From contig CAXXFL010000001.1 in assembly GCA_963674965.2 (NCBI GenBank), forward strand, positions 928,001 to 992,000: DNA of 64,000 bases, in the 5' to 3' direction. The translations under genes and the position numbers were made by a program. The number at the start of each line of letters is the position of its first letter. Within the stretch, counting starts at the first letter, position 1. Positions 50,071 through 62,517 of the stretch are shown here, in pieces. Source of the DNA: a bacterium (GTDB lineage Bacteria; RBG-13-61-14; DATKZS01). The notes beneath the pieces are model-generated. The model was not told the origin of the DNA. It made no database searches and worked only from the letters and a program-made list of their open reading frames with translations.

Positions 50071-51539
50071 ATGCGGCGTCTCGGACTCATAATCGGGATT
50101 TTCATCGCCCTGGCGGCGGCCGCGCCCCTCGCGGGCGCTCGGGCGAAAATGGGCGTTCCCATGGAAAGGGCCGTGGTCAAGGTGATAACCGTGGCCTCGA
50201 CCCCCAGCTACGTCCAGCCCTGGCAAAGCGGAATGCAAAGCCAGCAGACCGGCTCGGGAGCGGTCATAGAAGGAGGCCGGATACTTACCAACGCCCACGT
50301 GGTGGCCAACCAGACCTACGTTCAGGTGCAAAGACAGGGAGACCCCACCAAGTACACGGCCAAGGTCGTGGCAACGGGACACGAGTGCGACCTGGCCATC
50401 CTCGAGGTCGAGGACGAGAAGTTCTACAAGGGCGTACAGCCGCTCGATATCGGGAAGATGCCCAAGATCAGGGACAAGGTCGCCGCCTACGGGTTTCCCA
50501 TTGGGGGCGACAAGCTGTCCATTACGGAGGGCGTGGTCAGCCGGGTCGAGCTGGGCAGGTACAGCCACTGCTGGAAAAACCTTCTCCTGGTCCAGATCGA
50601 CGCGGCCATCAACCCGGGCAACTCGGGCGGTCCCGTCATCAAGGACGGTAAAATAGCCGGCGTGGCCTTCCAGGGCATGGGCGGAGCGGACAACGTGGGA
50701 TTCATGATCCCGCCTCCCGTGATCCTGCATTTCCTGAAGGACGTCGAGGACGGCCAGTACGACGGCTTTCCCACCTTGGGCATCGGCTTCCAGGAACTCG
50801 AGAACGAGTACCACCGGGCCTCCCTCGGCATGGGCAAGGACCAGACGGGCATCCTCTTGACCGAGGTGGCCTATCAGGACTCATCGTGGGAGCTGCTGAA
50901 GGCGGGCGACGTTATCCTGTCCGTCGAGGGCCAGGACATAGCCAACGACGGCACCGTGCCCTTCGAGGGGGAGGAAAGGATACTGTTTCCCTACTTCCTT
51001 ACTTTTAAATATCCCGGCGACAAGGCCAACCTCAAGATACTAAGAGAAGGAAAAGAGATGAACGTCCAGGTCCCGCTGAAAACGGGCCAGGCCATCATCA
51101 GCGTCTGCGAATACGACGTCATGCCCACCTACTATGTTTTCGGGGGCATGGTGTTCTCTCCTCTTTCTTTAAACTACCTCCAGTCCTTTGGCGGCGGCAT
51201 GTGGTGGAACGCCTCCCCCGTGGATTTAAAATACCACCTCATCATGGACAGCGCCTCCCCCGAAAGGGAGCAGGTCGTCATCATGCAGTACGTCTTGGCC
51301 GACGAGGTCAACGTGGGCTATCACGCCATGGAGGACATGATTGTCGAGACCGTGAACGGCGAAAGCGTGACCGACCTTAAGGACATGATCCAAAAGATCG
51401 AGTCCTCCACCGCCCAGTACGTCGAGATCGGCGCCGAGGGCGGGAATAAAATCGTGCTTGACGCTCAGGCCGCCAGGGAGGCCCTGCCGCGTATACTTAC
51501 GCGATATCGAATCCCCGCCGACCGATCCGACGACCTTAA

Positions 51540-51543
<4 letters not shown>
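50071..51543 (+). CDS. Secreted HtrA/Deg-family serine protease with PDZ domains (Deg2/Deg9-like)
   Basis: Catalytic triad motifs TNAHVV, CDLAIL, AINPGNSGGP; signal peptide. Confidence 0.92.
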
Positions 51544-53696
<2,153 letters not shown>

Positions 53697-53709
53697 TATT
53701 TTCCCCGGA

Positions 53710-56700
53710 TCAACCGTCCTTGTCGGATTGAAAGGACAATATCGCTTCCATCGCTCGGGAAAGCTCACGTTCCCGATCGTTAATATCGGACCGGGCCTTG
53801 GACGCGATTTTTTCGATGGCGCCGCGAGCGGCAACGCGAAGTTCCTCATCTTCATCTCCCGCTCGGGCCAATAAAAAGCCAAGGCTCTCGAGACCGCAAA
53901 TCTCTCCAGTTGCCCAGATAACCGTTCTCCGTCCGCGGGCGTCGTCCGTTTTCAGAAACCACTTCACCAGGGCGTCGCCGATGGCCTTGGGGCTGAAAAT
54001 TGAAAAGCGCCCGAGGACTTCACTAGCCCGCTCATGATCCGCGGCCGATAATTCGTCGATCAGACGTTCCAGCGCGCCGGCCGCTTCTCGCTCGGGGGCA
54101 CGGGCCGTCTCCAACGCCTCTTGATATTCATCTTGAGATTCCCTTTCCGGAAAGGATGACGAGTATTCGCCCCATAAGTCGATCTCGTCTCCCGAAAAGT
54201 CAACGTCCTCGACGGCCCGCTCAGGATAGGATTCACGATCGTCCGCCGCCGAGTCGGATGGCGCCGAGACCGCCCGGGCCTCTTGAGATTTATCCTCGGC
54301 GGCCGTCTCCTCGAAGTCGGCCCCCGCGTCGCACAATCTTTTCAACTCGCCGCGACCCTTCTCGGTGAGCGCGAGTACCGGGTACTTCGGACTTCCCGAT
54401 TTTTTGAAAAGGCCCTCGATCAGCATGACCTGGACCTTGTCGCGAAGGTTTTCCTGCGAGTCATGGATCGAGCCGTATACCTCGAGGCGGTCGGCTTTAA
54501 GAGGTCCAACCCAACTGGCCCTGGACCCGGCCAGGATGGCCGCTACCCGACCCACCCCGACGGGTGAAGAGACCTGGGCCACGCACTTTAGCGCGGCCAG
54601 CCTTGTGGCGTCGTTGCCGGAGACGCCCGCTTTTCGGCGCTTGGCCGGCTTCGTCTCCTCGGGGGGGGCCGAAAGAGAAGCGGGCTTGATTTTCAAGGCG
54701 GCCTTGTGGCCCTTCGAGGTGAGTCCGACCACGGGACGTCCAGCCTCGCCCCTGTTCTCGAGGTAGCCTTCCCGAAAAAGCGCGCTTATCGTTTTCTTTA
54801 CCTCGTCCTGGTTGGCGGACACTTTGCCGTAGGCCGGGTTCCGGTCGAGCTTCCATTTGATGAGGTTCTTGTCGCGAGAGCCGGTCACCACCTGGGCTAT
54901 CTTTCCCCTGCCAAGAGGGAAACGAAGGCGGCTCACGCAAAGCAGGATGGGCGCGGCTACGTGGGGCGACTCGGCCAGGATTCCCGACGCGGATTCCGGC
55001 TCATCCTCTTCCCGGCAGCGGTCGCATGATCCGCAAGTCCCCGCGCTTTTCTCGCCGAAGTAATTCAGGATGTACTCGTGTCGGCAAGACGGATGCGCGA
55101 TTAGCTTTTCCATGGCCTCGAGCTTCTCGTACTCGGCCTTTCTCAGTTTCTCGTGTTTGTCCCAGTCGATAGGGGCCTTTTTGAATGGGGGCGGCGTGTC
55201 GATGAGCTTCTCGATCCCCCTTCCCCGAAAGGGCGGCTCGTATTCGATGACGCCCGCGTTATCGAGAGACGCCAGCGCCCTCTTGACCTGTTCCTCGTCA
55301 AGACCGGCTGACAGGCAAAGCCGGGTGAGACTGATCTCGTGTCTTCCCGGCTCCTCGAGGTCCGCCACGCTCGAGATGGCCTCGAGCACCCTCCGCTGAA
55401 CGGGTCCCTTTACCGAGGAGATGGTCCTCGAGCCGGGGCGGTCGAAGGTTACGGCCACCCGCTGCTCGCCCGAGAAGGCCCGAGTCAGGCCGGCGTTATC
55501 CAGCAATCTCACGGCGGCCCCCACTTGCATGTCTTTCACGTTGCCGTCGCATAAGGCCGCGATGCCCCGGTAGGTCATCATGATAGGGTTGGCCTTGATC
55601 TTCCAAAGGGCCCGGTAGACGTCCTCGACCTGCTCGGGCTTGGGATAGCTCATGTCGATGAAAAACTCCCGGAGGCGGCGGTCGGAGGGAGAGTAAAGGA
55701 GCACGCACTTTGAAATAAGCCCGTCCCGGCCGGCCCTGCCAATTTCCTGGTAATACTGCTCGACCGATCCGGGGTAGGAGTAGTGGACCACGAAGCGGAC
55801 GTCGGGCTTGTCGATGCCCATGCCAAAGGCCGAGGTCGCCGCCACCACCCGGTCCTTGCCGCTGATGAAGCGGTCCTGGGCCCGCTCGCGCTGGTCCGGC
55901 TCCATGCCCGCGTGGTACACGCCCACTCGTTGGCCCGCGGCGGACAAAGAGTCGGCCGCTTCCTCCGCCGCCCTCCTCGTTCCCGCGTAAATGATGCCCG
56001 AGCCGGGGTTTTCCCGTAAGAATTCCTCGAGGAAGATTATTTTTTCGGTCTCCGTATAGGCCGGCTCGACTTCTATCTCGAGGTTGGGCCGCGAGAACCC
56101 GTGGACGTGAACGTCAACCTCGCCGGCCGTGAGCCCAAGGGACTCGATCACGTCCTTTCTAACTCGAGGCGTGGCCGTGGCGGTAAGGGCCGTAACTTTC
56201 GGGTTTCCCAGCCGGCGTCGAAACTCTCGAAGGCGAAGGTAGTCGGGCCGGAAGTCGTGGCCCCATTCCGAGATGCAATGGGCCTCGTCCACGGCCATCC
56301 TCTCGACTTTCACCCTCGAGACCATGCCGGCGAAGGTCGCGTTCCGAAAGCGCTCTGGCGCCACGTAAAGCAGCTTGTACTTGCCATCGGCGCAGGCGGC
56401 CATGCGGCCCCTTTGTTCGTCCAGGCCAAGACTCGAGTTGATGAAGGTGGCGGATACGCCCTTTCTCGCGAGTTCGTCCACCTGGTCCTTCATGAGCGCG
56501 ATAAGGGGGGACACCACCAGGGTAAGTCCTTTTCCCATCAAGGCGGGAAGCTGGTACAAGAGGGATTTGCCGCTGCCAGTGGGCATGACCACCAGCAGGT
56601 TGCCGCCGGATAAAACCGACCTTAAAGACTCCTCCTGGCCGGCGAGAAATTCCCGGTGCCCGAAGCGCTCGGATAAAAGCCTGGCCGCCTCTTCCATATT

Positions 56701-56736
56701 AGGGGCGAGGCGGTCGTTCGTTCCCGATCGGTCCAT
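53710..56736 (-). CDS. recQ: RecQ-family DNA helicase with atypical C-terminal architecture
   Basis: MPTGSGKSL, DEAHCISEWGHDFRPDY, TATAT, AFGMGIDK, QEIGRAGRDG, Zn Cys cluster, two RQC-like domains. Confidence 0.9.
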   Translation of the reverse strand: MDRSGTNDRLAPNMEEAARLLSERFGHREFLAGQEESLRSVLSGGNLLVVMPTGSGKSLLYQLPALMGKGLTLVVSPLIALMKDQVDELARKGVSATFINSSLGLDEQRGRMAACADGKYKLLYVAPERFRNATFAGMVSRVKVERMAVDEAHCISEWGHDFRPDYLRLREFRRRLGNPKVTALTATATPRVRKDVIESLGLTAGEVDVHVHGFSRPNLEIEVEPAYTETEKIIFLEEFLRENPGSGIIYAGTRRAAEEAADSLSAAGQRVGVYHAGMEPDQRERAQDRFISGKDRVVAATSAFGMGIDKPDVRFVVHYSYPGSVEQYYQEIGRAGRDGLISKCVLLYSPSDRRLREFFIDMSYPKPEQVEDVYRALWKIKANPIMMTYRGIAALCDGNVKDMQVGAAVRLLDNAGLTRAFSGEQRVAVTFDRPGSRTISSVKGPVQRRVLEAISSVADLEEPGRHEISLTRLCLSAGLDEEQVKRALASLDNAGVIEYEPPFRGRGIEKLIDTPPPFKKAPIDWDKHEKLRKAEYEKLEAMEKLIAHPSCRHEYILNYFGEKSAGTCGSCDRCREEDEPESASGILAESPHVAAPILLCVSRLRFPLGRGKIAQVVTGSRDKNLIKWKLDRNPAYGKVSANQDEVKKTISALFREGYLENRGEAGRPVVGLTSKGHKAALKIKPASLSAPPEETKPAKRRKAGVSGNDATRLAALKCVAQVSSPVGVGRVAAILAGSRASWVGPLKADRLEVYGSIHDSQENLRDKVQVMLIEGLFKKSGSPKYPVLALTEKGRGELKRLCDAGADFEETAAEDKSQEARAVSAPSDSAADDRESYPERAVEDVDFSGDEIDLWGEYSSSFPERESQDEYQEALETARAPEREAAGALERLIDELSAADHERASEVLGRFSIFSPKAIGDALVKWFLKTDDARGRRTVIWATGEICGLESLGFLLARAGDEDEELRVAARGAIEKIASKARSDINDRERELSRAMEAILSFQSDKDG

Positions 56737-56787
56737 GAAGGAATTATAACGCGGAAGTCCCGCCCGCGTCGAAGACGGCGCCCGAGA

Positions 56788-58194
56788 TCAGGCCAGCTTT
56801 TGGCACTCGGCAATGGCGGCCTTTAGCCGAGCCTCGGTCTTTTCCTTGCCCAGGACGGCGATGACCTCGAATATGCCGGGGCTGACCGTGCCTCCGGTGA
56901 GGGCGACCCTCACGGGCTGGGCGATCTTGCCCAGCTTAAGGTCAAGCTCGTTCATGAGGTCCTCGAAGGCCTTTTCAAGGCCGGCCTCATTCATCTCGGG
57001 CATCTGGACGATCTTGTCCAGGGTCTTGCGCAGGATATCGGCGTTCTCGAGTTTAAGGAACTTGTTTCCGGCCTTTTCCTCATACTCGACGCCGTCGGAA
57101 AAGTAGTAACCCGTGCTCTCGGGGTACTCGGCCAGCGTCTTGACGCGCTCGCGGTGAAGCTCGATGATCCTCACGAACTGCTCGTCCGGCTCGGCGTCAA
57201 TTCCTTTTTGCTTATAAAAGGGAAGCGCGAGCGCGGCCAGCTTTTCAGCGGAGCATTCCCTGAGGTAATGGCCGTTGTACCAAAGGAGCTTGTCGGGGTC
57301 CCACATGCCGGGGGACTTGGAAAGGTCCTTGACGTCGAAGAGCTCGATAAGCTCGTCCCGGTTGAAAAGGTCCCGGTCGCCGTGGGCCCATCCTATCTTG
57401 GCCAGGAAGTTCATCATGGCCTCGGGCAGGTATCCCATTTCACGATAGGATATTAGAGACGTGGCCCCGTGACGCTTGCTGAGCTTGGACTTGTCCTGTC
57501 CAAGGATGAGGGGATGGTGGCCGAAGAGGGGAGGCTCGTAGCCCAGCGCCCGGTAAATGAGGATTTGCCTGGGCGTGTTGTTGAGGTGATCGGCCCCTCT
57601 TATAACGTGGGTGATGGCAAGGTCGTGGTCGTCGACCACGGCGCAGAAGTTGTAGGTGGGCGAGCCGTCGCTTCTCACGATGACCAGGTCGTCAAGCTCG
57701 GAGTTATCGAACTCGACCCTGCCCTGGATCAGGTCGTCCACCGCGGTGGTCCCATGGTCGGGACCTCGGAAGCGGACGACCTTGGGCCTGTCCGCCGGGT
57801 GGTCTTGCTTGTCCCGGCACCGGCCGTCGTACTTGGGCTTTCTTCCCTCCTTCATGGCCAGCTCGCGCATTTGTTCGATTTCCTCGGGCAGGCAGGAGCA
57901 GTAATAGGCCTTGCCCTCGGCTAAAAGTTTTTCGGCGGCCGCCTTGTACCGGTCCATGCGGGAGGTCTGAAAGATGGGATCGCCGTCCCAGTCCAGGCCC
58001 AGCCAGGAAAGCCCGGCCAGGATGGCCTCGGTATATTCCTTCTTGCTGCGCTCGAGGTCGGTGTCCTCGACGCGGAGCAGGAACTCACCGCCCTCGTGCC
58101 GCGCGAAAAGCCAGTTGATAAGCGCCGTTCTGGCTCCACCGATGTGCAGGTGTCCAGTGGGGGACGGCGCGAAACGCAATCTGATTTTAGTCAT
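56788..58194 (-). CDS. gltX: Glutamate--tRNA ligase
   Basis: RFAPSPTG.LHIGG, HVIRG.DH..NT, KLSKR. Confidence 0.98.
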   Translation of the reverse strand: MTKIRLRFAPSPTGHLHIGGARTALINWLFARHEGGEFLLRVEDTDLERSKKEYTEAILAGLSWLGLDWDGDPIFQTSRMDRYKAAAEKLLAEGKAYYCSCLPEEIEQMRELAMKEGRKPKYDGRCRDKQDHPADRPKVVRFRGPDHGTTAVDDLIQGRVEFDNSELDDLVIVRSDGSPTYNFCAVVDDHDLAITHVIRGADHLNNTPRQILIYRALGYEPPLFGHHPLILGQDKSKLSKRHGATSLISYREMGYLPEAMMNFLAKIGWAHGDRDLFNRDELIELFDVKDLSKSPGMWDPDKLLWYNGHYLRECSAEKLAALALPFYKQKGIDAEPDEQFVRIIELHRERVKTLAEYPESTGYYFSDGVEYEEKAGNKFLKLENADILRKTLDKIVQMPEMNEAGLEKAFEDLMNELDLKLGKIAQPVRVALTGGTVSPGIFEVIAVLGKEKTEARLKAAIAECQKLA

Positions 58195-58407
58195 ATCGAA
58201 TTCCTCCGGGAGTTTATCGAGGCCGGTTCAGGATAAAGAGTGTACAACCGGGGCGCCTATAAAACAAACCTCGCCGAGCAGGCCTTTCGATTGGGCCGGC
58301 GCCCCGGGAGCGGGTTGACGTAAATTGACTTGACCGATTATGAAAGAGTTGTTGCCGCCCGATATGCGCGTATGGTATTATTGAACCAGAACGCGGGTGG
58401 GGGATGA

Positions 58408-59007
58408 ATGGCTAAGTCGGTCACGGTTGGAAAGTATTGTCCTAGTTGCGGCAGGGATGTCGAGGTATACACCATGTTCACTCCCGAGGGCGAGATCGAC
58501 CGCTGCCAGATATGCAGCTCGATTATTCCCCGCGAGAGCGCCCCGGCGGCCGCCGTGCCTCTCGAGTTGGGCCTTATATACGTGGTCGAGGACACGGCCC
58601 TTCTCCGGGAAATGATCAAGGACATCCTGCTTATTCGCGAGATGGGCAAGGAAGTAAGGACTTGTAAAAACGGCGCGGAGTTCCTGAGCCTTTATACCGG
58701 CGACCTTATAAAAAGGCAAAGGCCGACCCTGGTGATGCTGGACGTGGTGATGCCCATATTGAACGGCGTCAACGCCGCCGTGGCCATGCGGTCGGTCGAG
58801 TCGGCCTTCGGCGCCGAGCGGACCCCGGTGCTTTTTTTCACCGTGCGCGAGTGCGACGAGAACTTCAAGAAAATACTCAAGTATTGTTCTCCCGCCATGT
58901 ACATTAACAAGGGAACCGACGGTTCTCCTTCCAAGATGCAGACGCGGGTCGAGATGGTGGTGAGCCAGCTTTGGAAGGAGGTCCAGGAGGGAGGCTTGGG
59001 ACAATGA
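58408..59007 (+). CDS. Response regulator receiver with N-terminal zinc ribbon
   Basis: CPSC...CQIC, then VVED, MLDVVMP.LNG, FFT, K. Confidence 0.8.
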   Translation: MAKSVTVGKYCPSCGRDVEVYTMFTPEGEIDRCQICSSIIPRESAPAAAVPLELGLIYVVEDTALLREMIKDILLIREMGKEVRTCKNGAEFLSLYTGDLIKRQRPTLVMLDVVMPILNGVNAAVAMRSVESAFGAERTPVLFFTVRECDENFKKILKYCSPAMYINKGTDGSPSKMQTRVEMVVSQLWKEVQEGGLGQ

Positions 59008-59525
59008 GCGCCAAGGAAAAGACCCCCGGCCAGATCGAAAGGAAATATCAGCGGGCCACGAGCGACTTCCCCGCCAAGTTTACATGGGGCGCCGCGCGCA
59101 ACGTGGGGGTGGCCGCCGTTTTAAGCATGGGAGGTTGTTTCATCGCGTCCGACGCGATCATCCCCCAGGGAGAGGAACTGGACGTCGAGATCGACATGAG
59201 TCCGGAATTTACTCCCCTCCATTGCCGAGCGGCGGTGGTATGGACCGAGAAGCGCGGCGTCAAGATACGCGGCGGGGAGAGGAGCAGGGGCTTCGCCATC
59301 GAGTTCCTGCGCATATTTCCCGAGGACAGGGAAAAGATCGAGGAGTACGTCAGGAGCCAGACGAGGGTCTTCAAGGCCATAGATCACGAGCTTAAGAAGA
59401 AGCGTCCCGACCTGGCCATCGTAAAGGAGTTATTCGCGGCGGAGCGTCCCGGCGAATCGACGCATTTAAACCACATCCGCAAGGTCGTATCCGAGGAGCT
59501 TAAATATTTCAAGCTCAGAAAGTGA
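59004..59525 (+). CDS. PilZ-domain protein
   Basis: ERKYQR (RxxxR), LSMGGCF, A.VVW, GFAIEF; ATGA overlap with the upstream gene. Confidence 0.8.
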   Translation: MSAKEKTPGQIERKYQRATSDFPAKFTWGAARNVGVAAVLSMGGCFIASDAIIPQGEELDVEIDMSPEFTPLHCRAAVVWTEKRGVKIRGGERSRGFAIEFLRIFPEDREKIEEYVRSQTRVFKAIDHELKKKRPDLAIVKELFAAERPGESTHLNHIRKVVSEELKYFKLRK

Positions 59526-59553
59526 AGCCCGGCGGCTTTTACGTTCCGAAGCT

Positions 59554-62313
59554 TCATCCGTTATGATTTCGTTCCCCGTTCATGGAAAAGTTTTCCACCG
59601 TGGCCTTCAGGTCCTCGGCCAGGGTCTGGAGGTTTGAAACGGCCTCGGAGACCTTCTCGACGGCGAGGACGTTTCTGGTGGCCACGTCGGCGATGCTTTC
59701 CATGGAGACGAGGGCCTGCTGGGCCGCCTTCCTCTGCTCGGACTGGGAGTTGTTGATGTAGCTCGCTATGTGGGAAGTGTGCTCGATGGCCTGGCTGATC
59801 TGGCGGCTTCCCTGGGCCTGCTCCTTGGTGGCCTTCCTCACCTGGGTGGCGATGTCCCTCATTTTCTCGGCGGCCATGATGATCTGCTCGGATCCCCGGT
59901 TCTGCTCCTGGGTGGCCTTGCCTATCTGCTCGATCATGCCGGCGATGCTCTCGAAGAAGGATAGCACGCGCTCGGCTTTACGATTTTGCTCCCTGGTGGA
60001 GTCGGATATCTTGCGGGCCATCTCGAGGGACTCGACGGCGCTCTCCTGAATTTTCCTCAGCCCCTCCCCGGCCTCCTCCGCCAATAGGACGCCCTTGCCC
60101 GCGCTGTCCTCGCCCCTCTCGACGGCGGTCACGGCCTCGGTGGCGTCCTTTTGCACGGACTGTATCTGCTCCGCTATCTCGGCCGTCGAGGCCTGCGTGC
60201 GCTCGGCCAGGTCCTTGATCTCGTCGGCCACCACGGCGAAACCGCGGCCGTGCTCGCCGGCCTGGGCCGCGATGATGGCGGCGTTGAGGGCCAAAAGGTT
60301 GGTTTCCTCGGTGACGTCCTCGATGACGTTGAGGATGCGGCCGATTTCCTTGGCCCGTTTCGAGAGTCTCTCGATGACCTCGACGGCGTTCCTGCTGTTC
60401 TCCCAGATTTTCTCGATGCCCTTGATGGTCTTCGAGACGGCGGCGGCCCCGCTCTCGGCGTTCCTGGTGACCTGCTCGGAGATTCCGGCGCTCTCGGTGG
60501 CGATGCGGTCGACTTTTTTCACGGACTCGTTCATCTCGCGCATGGAGGACGCGGCCTCACTGGCCCGGTCCGAGGTGTTCTGGACGTTGTCCGCCACCTG
60601 CTTGATGGTGGCCGACATTTCCTCGATGCTGGCGGTCGTGTCCACCACGGCCTCGGAAAGTTGCTCCGAGCTGGTGGCGACCTGGTCGTTGGTGGCGCTC
60701 ATCTCGAGGATGGAGGCCGAGCTTTGCTCAGCGCTCGAGGCCAGGGTGTCCACCGAGTCGGCGATGGAGCCGATGGTCTGGTTCATTTGAGTAAGGGAAG
60801 CCGAGGTTTCCTCGACCCCGACGGACTGCTCCTGGGAGCCGCGAGCCATCTCGACCGTTCGCTCGGCGATGAGGTTGGTGGCCTCGTCCACTCTCGAGGA
60901 AGTATCGGCTATCTTGCCGACCATGGAGCGGAGGCTGGCCACCATCTTGAAATGATGGACCGCCAGCTCGCCGACCTCGTCGTCGGCCATGATGACGTCG
61001 GATGAGCCGAGGTCGCCCGCGGCCACGCGCTTCGAGGAATCGATCAAGGCGTTGAGGGAGTTCATAAGCTCCCGCTGCATGAAGAAGGAGAAGAAGAGGG
61101 CCAGGGCCAGGGCGATGCCGAACATGATGGCCGAGCTCCAGAAGGCCATGCCGGAAGAGGTCTTGAACGACTGGATGGTGACAAGCCGGGCCGCGTCGCC
61201 GACGTAGTCCACCGACACGATATACTGGTCGCCGCGGTTGTAGACGTGGCTTATCCTGTCGGTCACGCCGATGGCCAGGGTCTTTTTGCGTTTTAAAAGT
61301 CCCTTCCAGAATTTGCCGTCTCCCAGCGCCGCTATCGAGGGCGCGATCGAGTCTTTATAGGAAAAGATGCTTTTTTTGCCGCCGGGGTTCCAGGGGAACT
61401 GGGCGATTATTTCCCGGCTCCGGTCCGAGACGGTGTTTCCCCGCAGTTCATTTCCGTCCTTGCCCAGCAGAAAGACCATCTCGTGGTCGTCGCCCAGGAT
61501 AATGCCCAGGTTGGAGGAAAGGACGTCCTGTCCGTCTCCTCTTTCGATGAGGTCCTTAAGGTAATCGAGGGGCTTGCCGTCGCCCAGTCTCTGGGCTAAA
61601 AGCTGGTCTCTTTCCACGTCCACGGCCCGGGTTTGCCCGACTATGGCCAGGTGCGTGGTTATCCAGACGATGCTGGCGACCAGGACCATAATATAAAGGA
61701 GGACCTTGCGGCTGTAGCTTACGCGCTTGGAGGAAAGCTCGGGATGGAGATAGAAATCCGGGAATTTCTCGAGGGCCTCGGAAAGCGGCTTGGCATAGGT
61801 CTCCTTGATCACGAAGTAATGAAAGGTGGACATAAGGAAAACGATCGACAGTATGCCCAGAATCAAAAAGCCAGCGTCGATAATGGGAAAGCCGTAAAGT
61901 ATCCACAGGGCCAGCACCATCACCGAGCAGGTGATAATCCACTGTATAATAAACATGACGATGAACTGGTGAGGAAAGTCGATCAGCTCGGCCAGGCTTT
62001 CCACCAGTTCATCCTTGGAAAGGCGGTCCTCCTTGCCGTCCCAGGCGAGTATTTTCGACGCCACGCGAAGTTTTTTGCCCACCCATTTCTCGAAGAGGAA
62101 GATGGCAGGTCCCGCGACTATGCCGAAGCAAAAAATCCCCATGAACAGGACGCTGAAATGAGGAACGCCGCTGGGGTCCGTTAGCCCCTGAAAAACGGAG
62201 ATGAGATAGGCCAGTATGGCCAGAACGCCGGTCATCGTGATGGGCAACATTTTGTTCGAGTTGCCCCAGTGCAGCTTTCCGGCTATTTCGTCGATTTTTT
62301 TTTCGAGGCTCAT
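59554..62313 (-). CDS. Methyl-accepting chemotaxis protein with multi-TM N-terminus and long signalling domain
   Basis: HAMP (DEVGELA) and hairpin [33 protein letters not shown]. Confidence 0.93.
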   Translation of the reverse strand: MSLEKKIDEIAGKLHWGNSNKMLPITMTGVLAILAYLISVFQGLTDPSGVPHFSVLFMGIFCFGIVAGPAIFLFEKWVGKKLRVASKILAWDGKEDRLSKDELVESLAELIDFPHQFIVMFIIQWIITCSVMVLALWILYGFPIIDAGFLILGILSIVFLMSTFHYFVIKETYAKPLSEALEKFPDFYLHPELSSKRVSYSRKVLLYIMVLVASIVWITTHLAIVGQTRAVDVERDQLLAQRLGDGKPLDYLKDLIERGDGQDVLSSNLGIILGDDHEMVFLLGKDGNELRGNTVSDRSREIIAQFPWNPGGKKSIFSYKDSIAPSIAALGDGKFWKGLLKRKKTLAIGVTDRISHVYNRGDQYIVSVDYVGDAARLVTIQSFKTSSGMAFWSSAIMFGIALALALFFSFFMQRELMNSLNALIDSSKRVAAGDLGSSDVIMADDEVGELAVHHFKMVASLRSMVGKIADTSSRVDEATNLIAERTVEMARGSQEQSVGVEETSASLTQMNQTIGSIADSVDTLASSAEQSSASILEMSATNDQVATSSEQLSEAVVDTTASIEEMSATIKQVADNVQNTSDRASEAASSMREMNESVKKVDRIATESAGISEQVTRNAESGAAAVSKTIKGIEKIWENSRNAVEVIERLSKRAKEIGRILNVIEDVTEETNLLALNAAIIAAQAGEHGRGFAVVADEIKDLAERTQASTAEIAEQIQSVQKDATEAVTAVERGEDSAGKGVLLAEEAGEGLRKIQESAVESLEMARKISDSTREQNRKAERVLSFFESIAGMIEQIGKATQEQNRGSEQIIMAAEKMRDIATQVRKATKEQAQGSRQISQAIEHTSHIASYINNSQSEQRKAAQQALVSMESIADVATRNVLAVEKVSEAVSNLQTLAEDLKATVENFSMNGERNHNG

Positions 62314-62517
62314 GACCCGAGGGCCTCCGATATGATTTGTTCAGATTTAACGGACGTTTATCGGCCGCCGCCTCCGCGCCGATCAAAATATGCTTCCTTT
62401 ATCGCCACGAGCTATTTTAGCACGGATGAGAAGATGATGTGAAATCGTTATCCCGGAAATATACCGGCCGCCCGTTAAGACCACTTTTGCCGGAGCACCG
62501 AAAAGCCAAAAGGGGCG

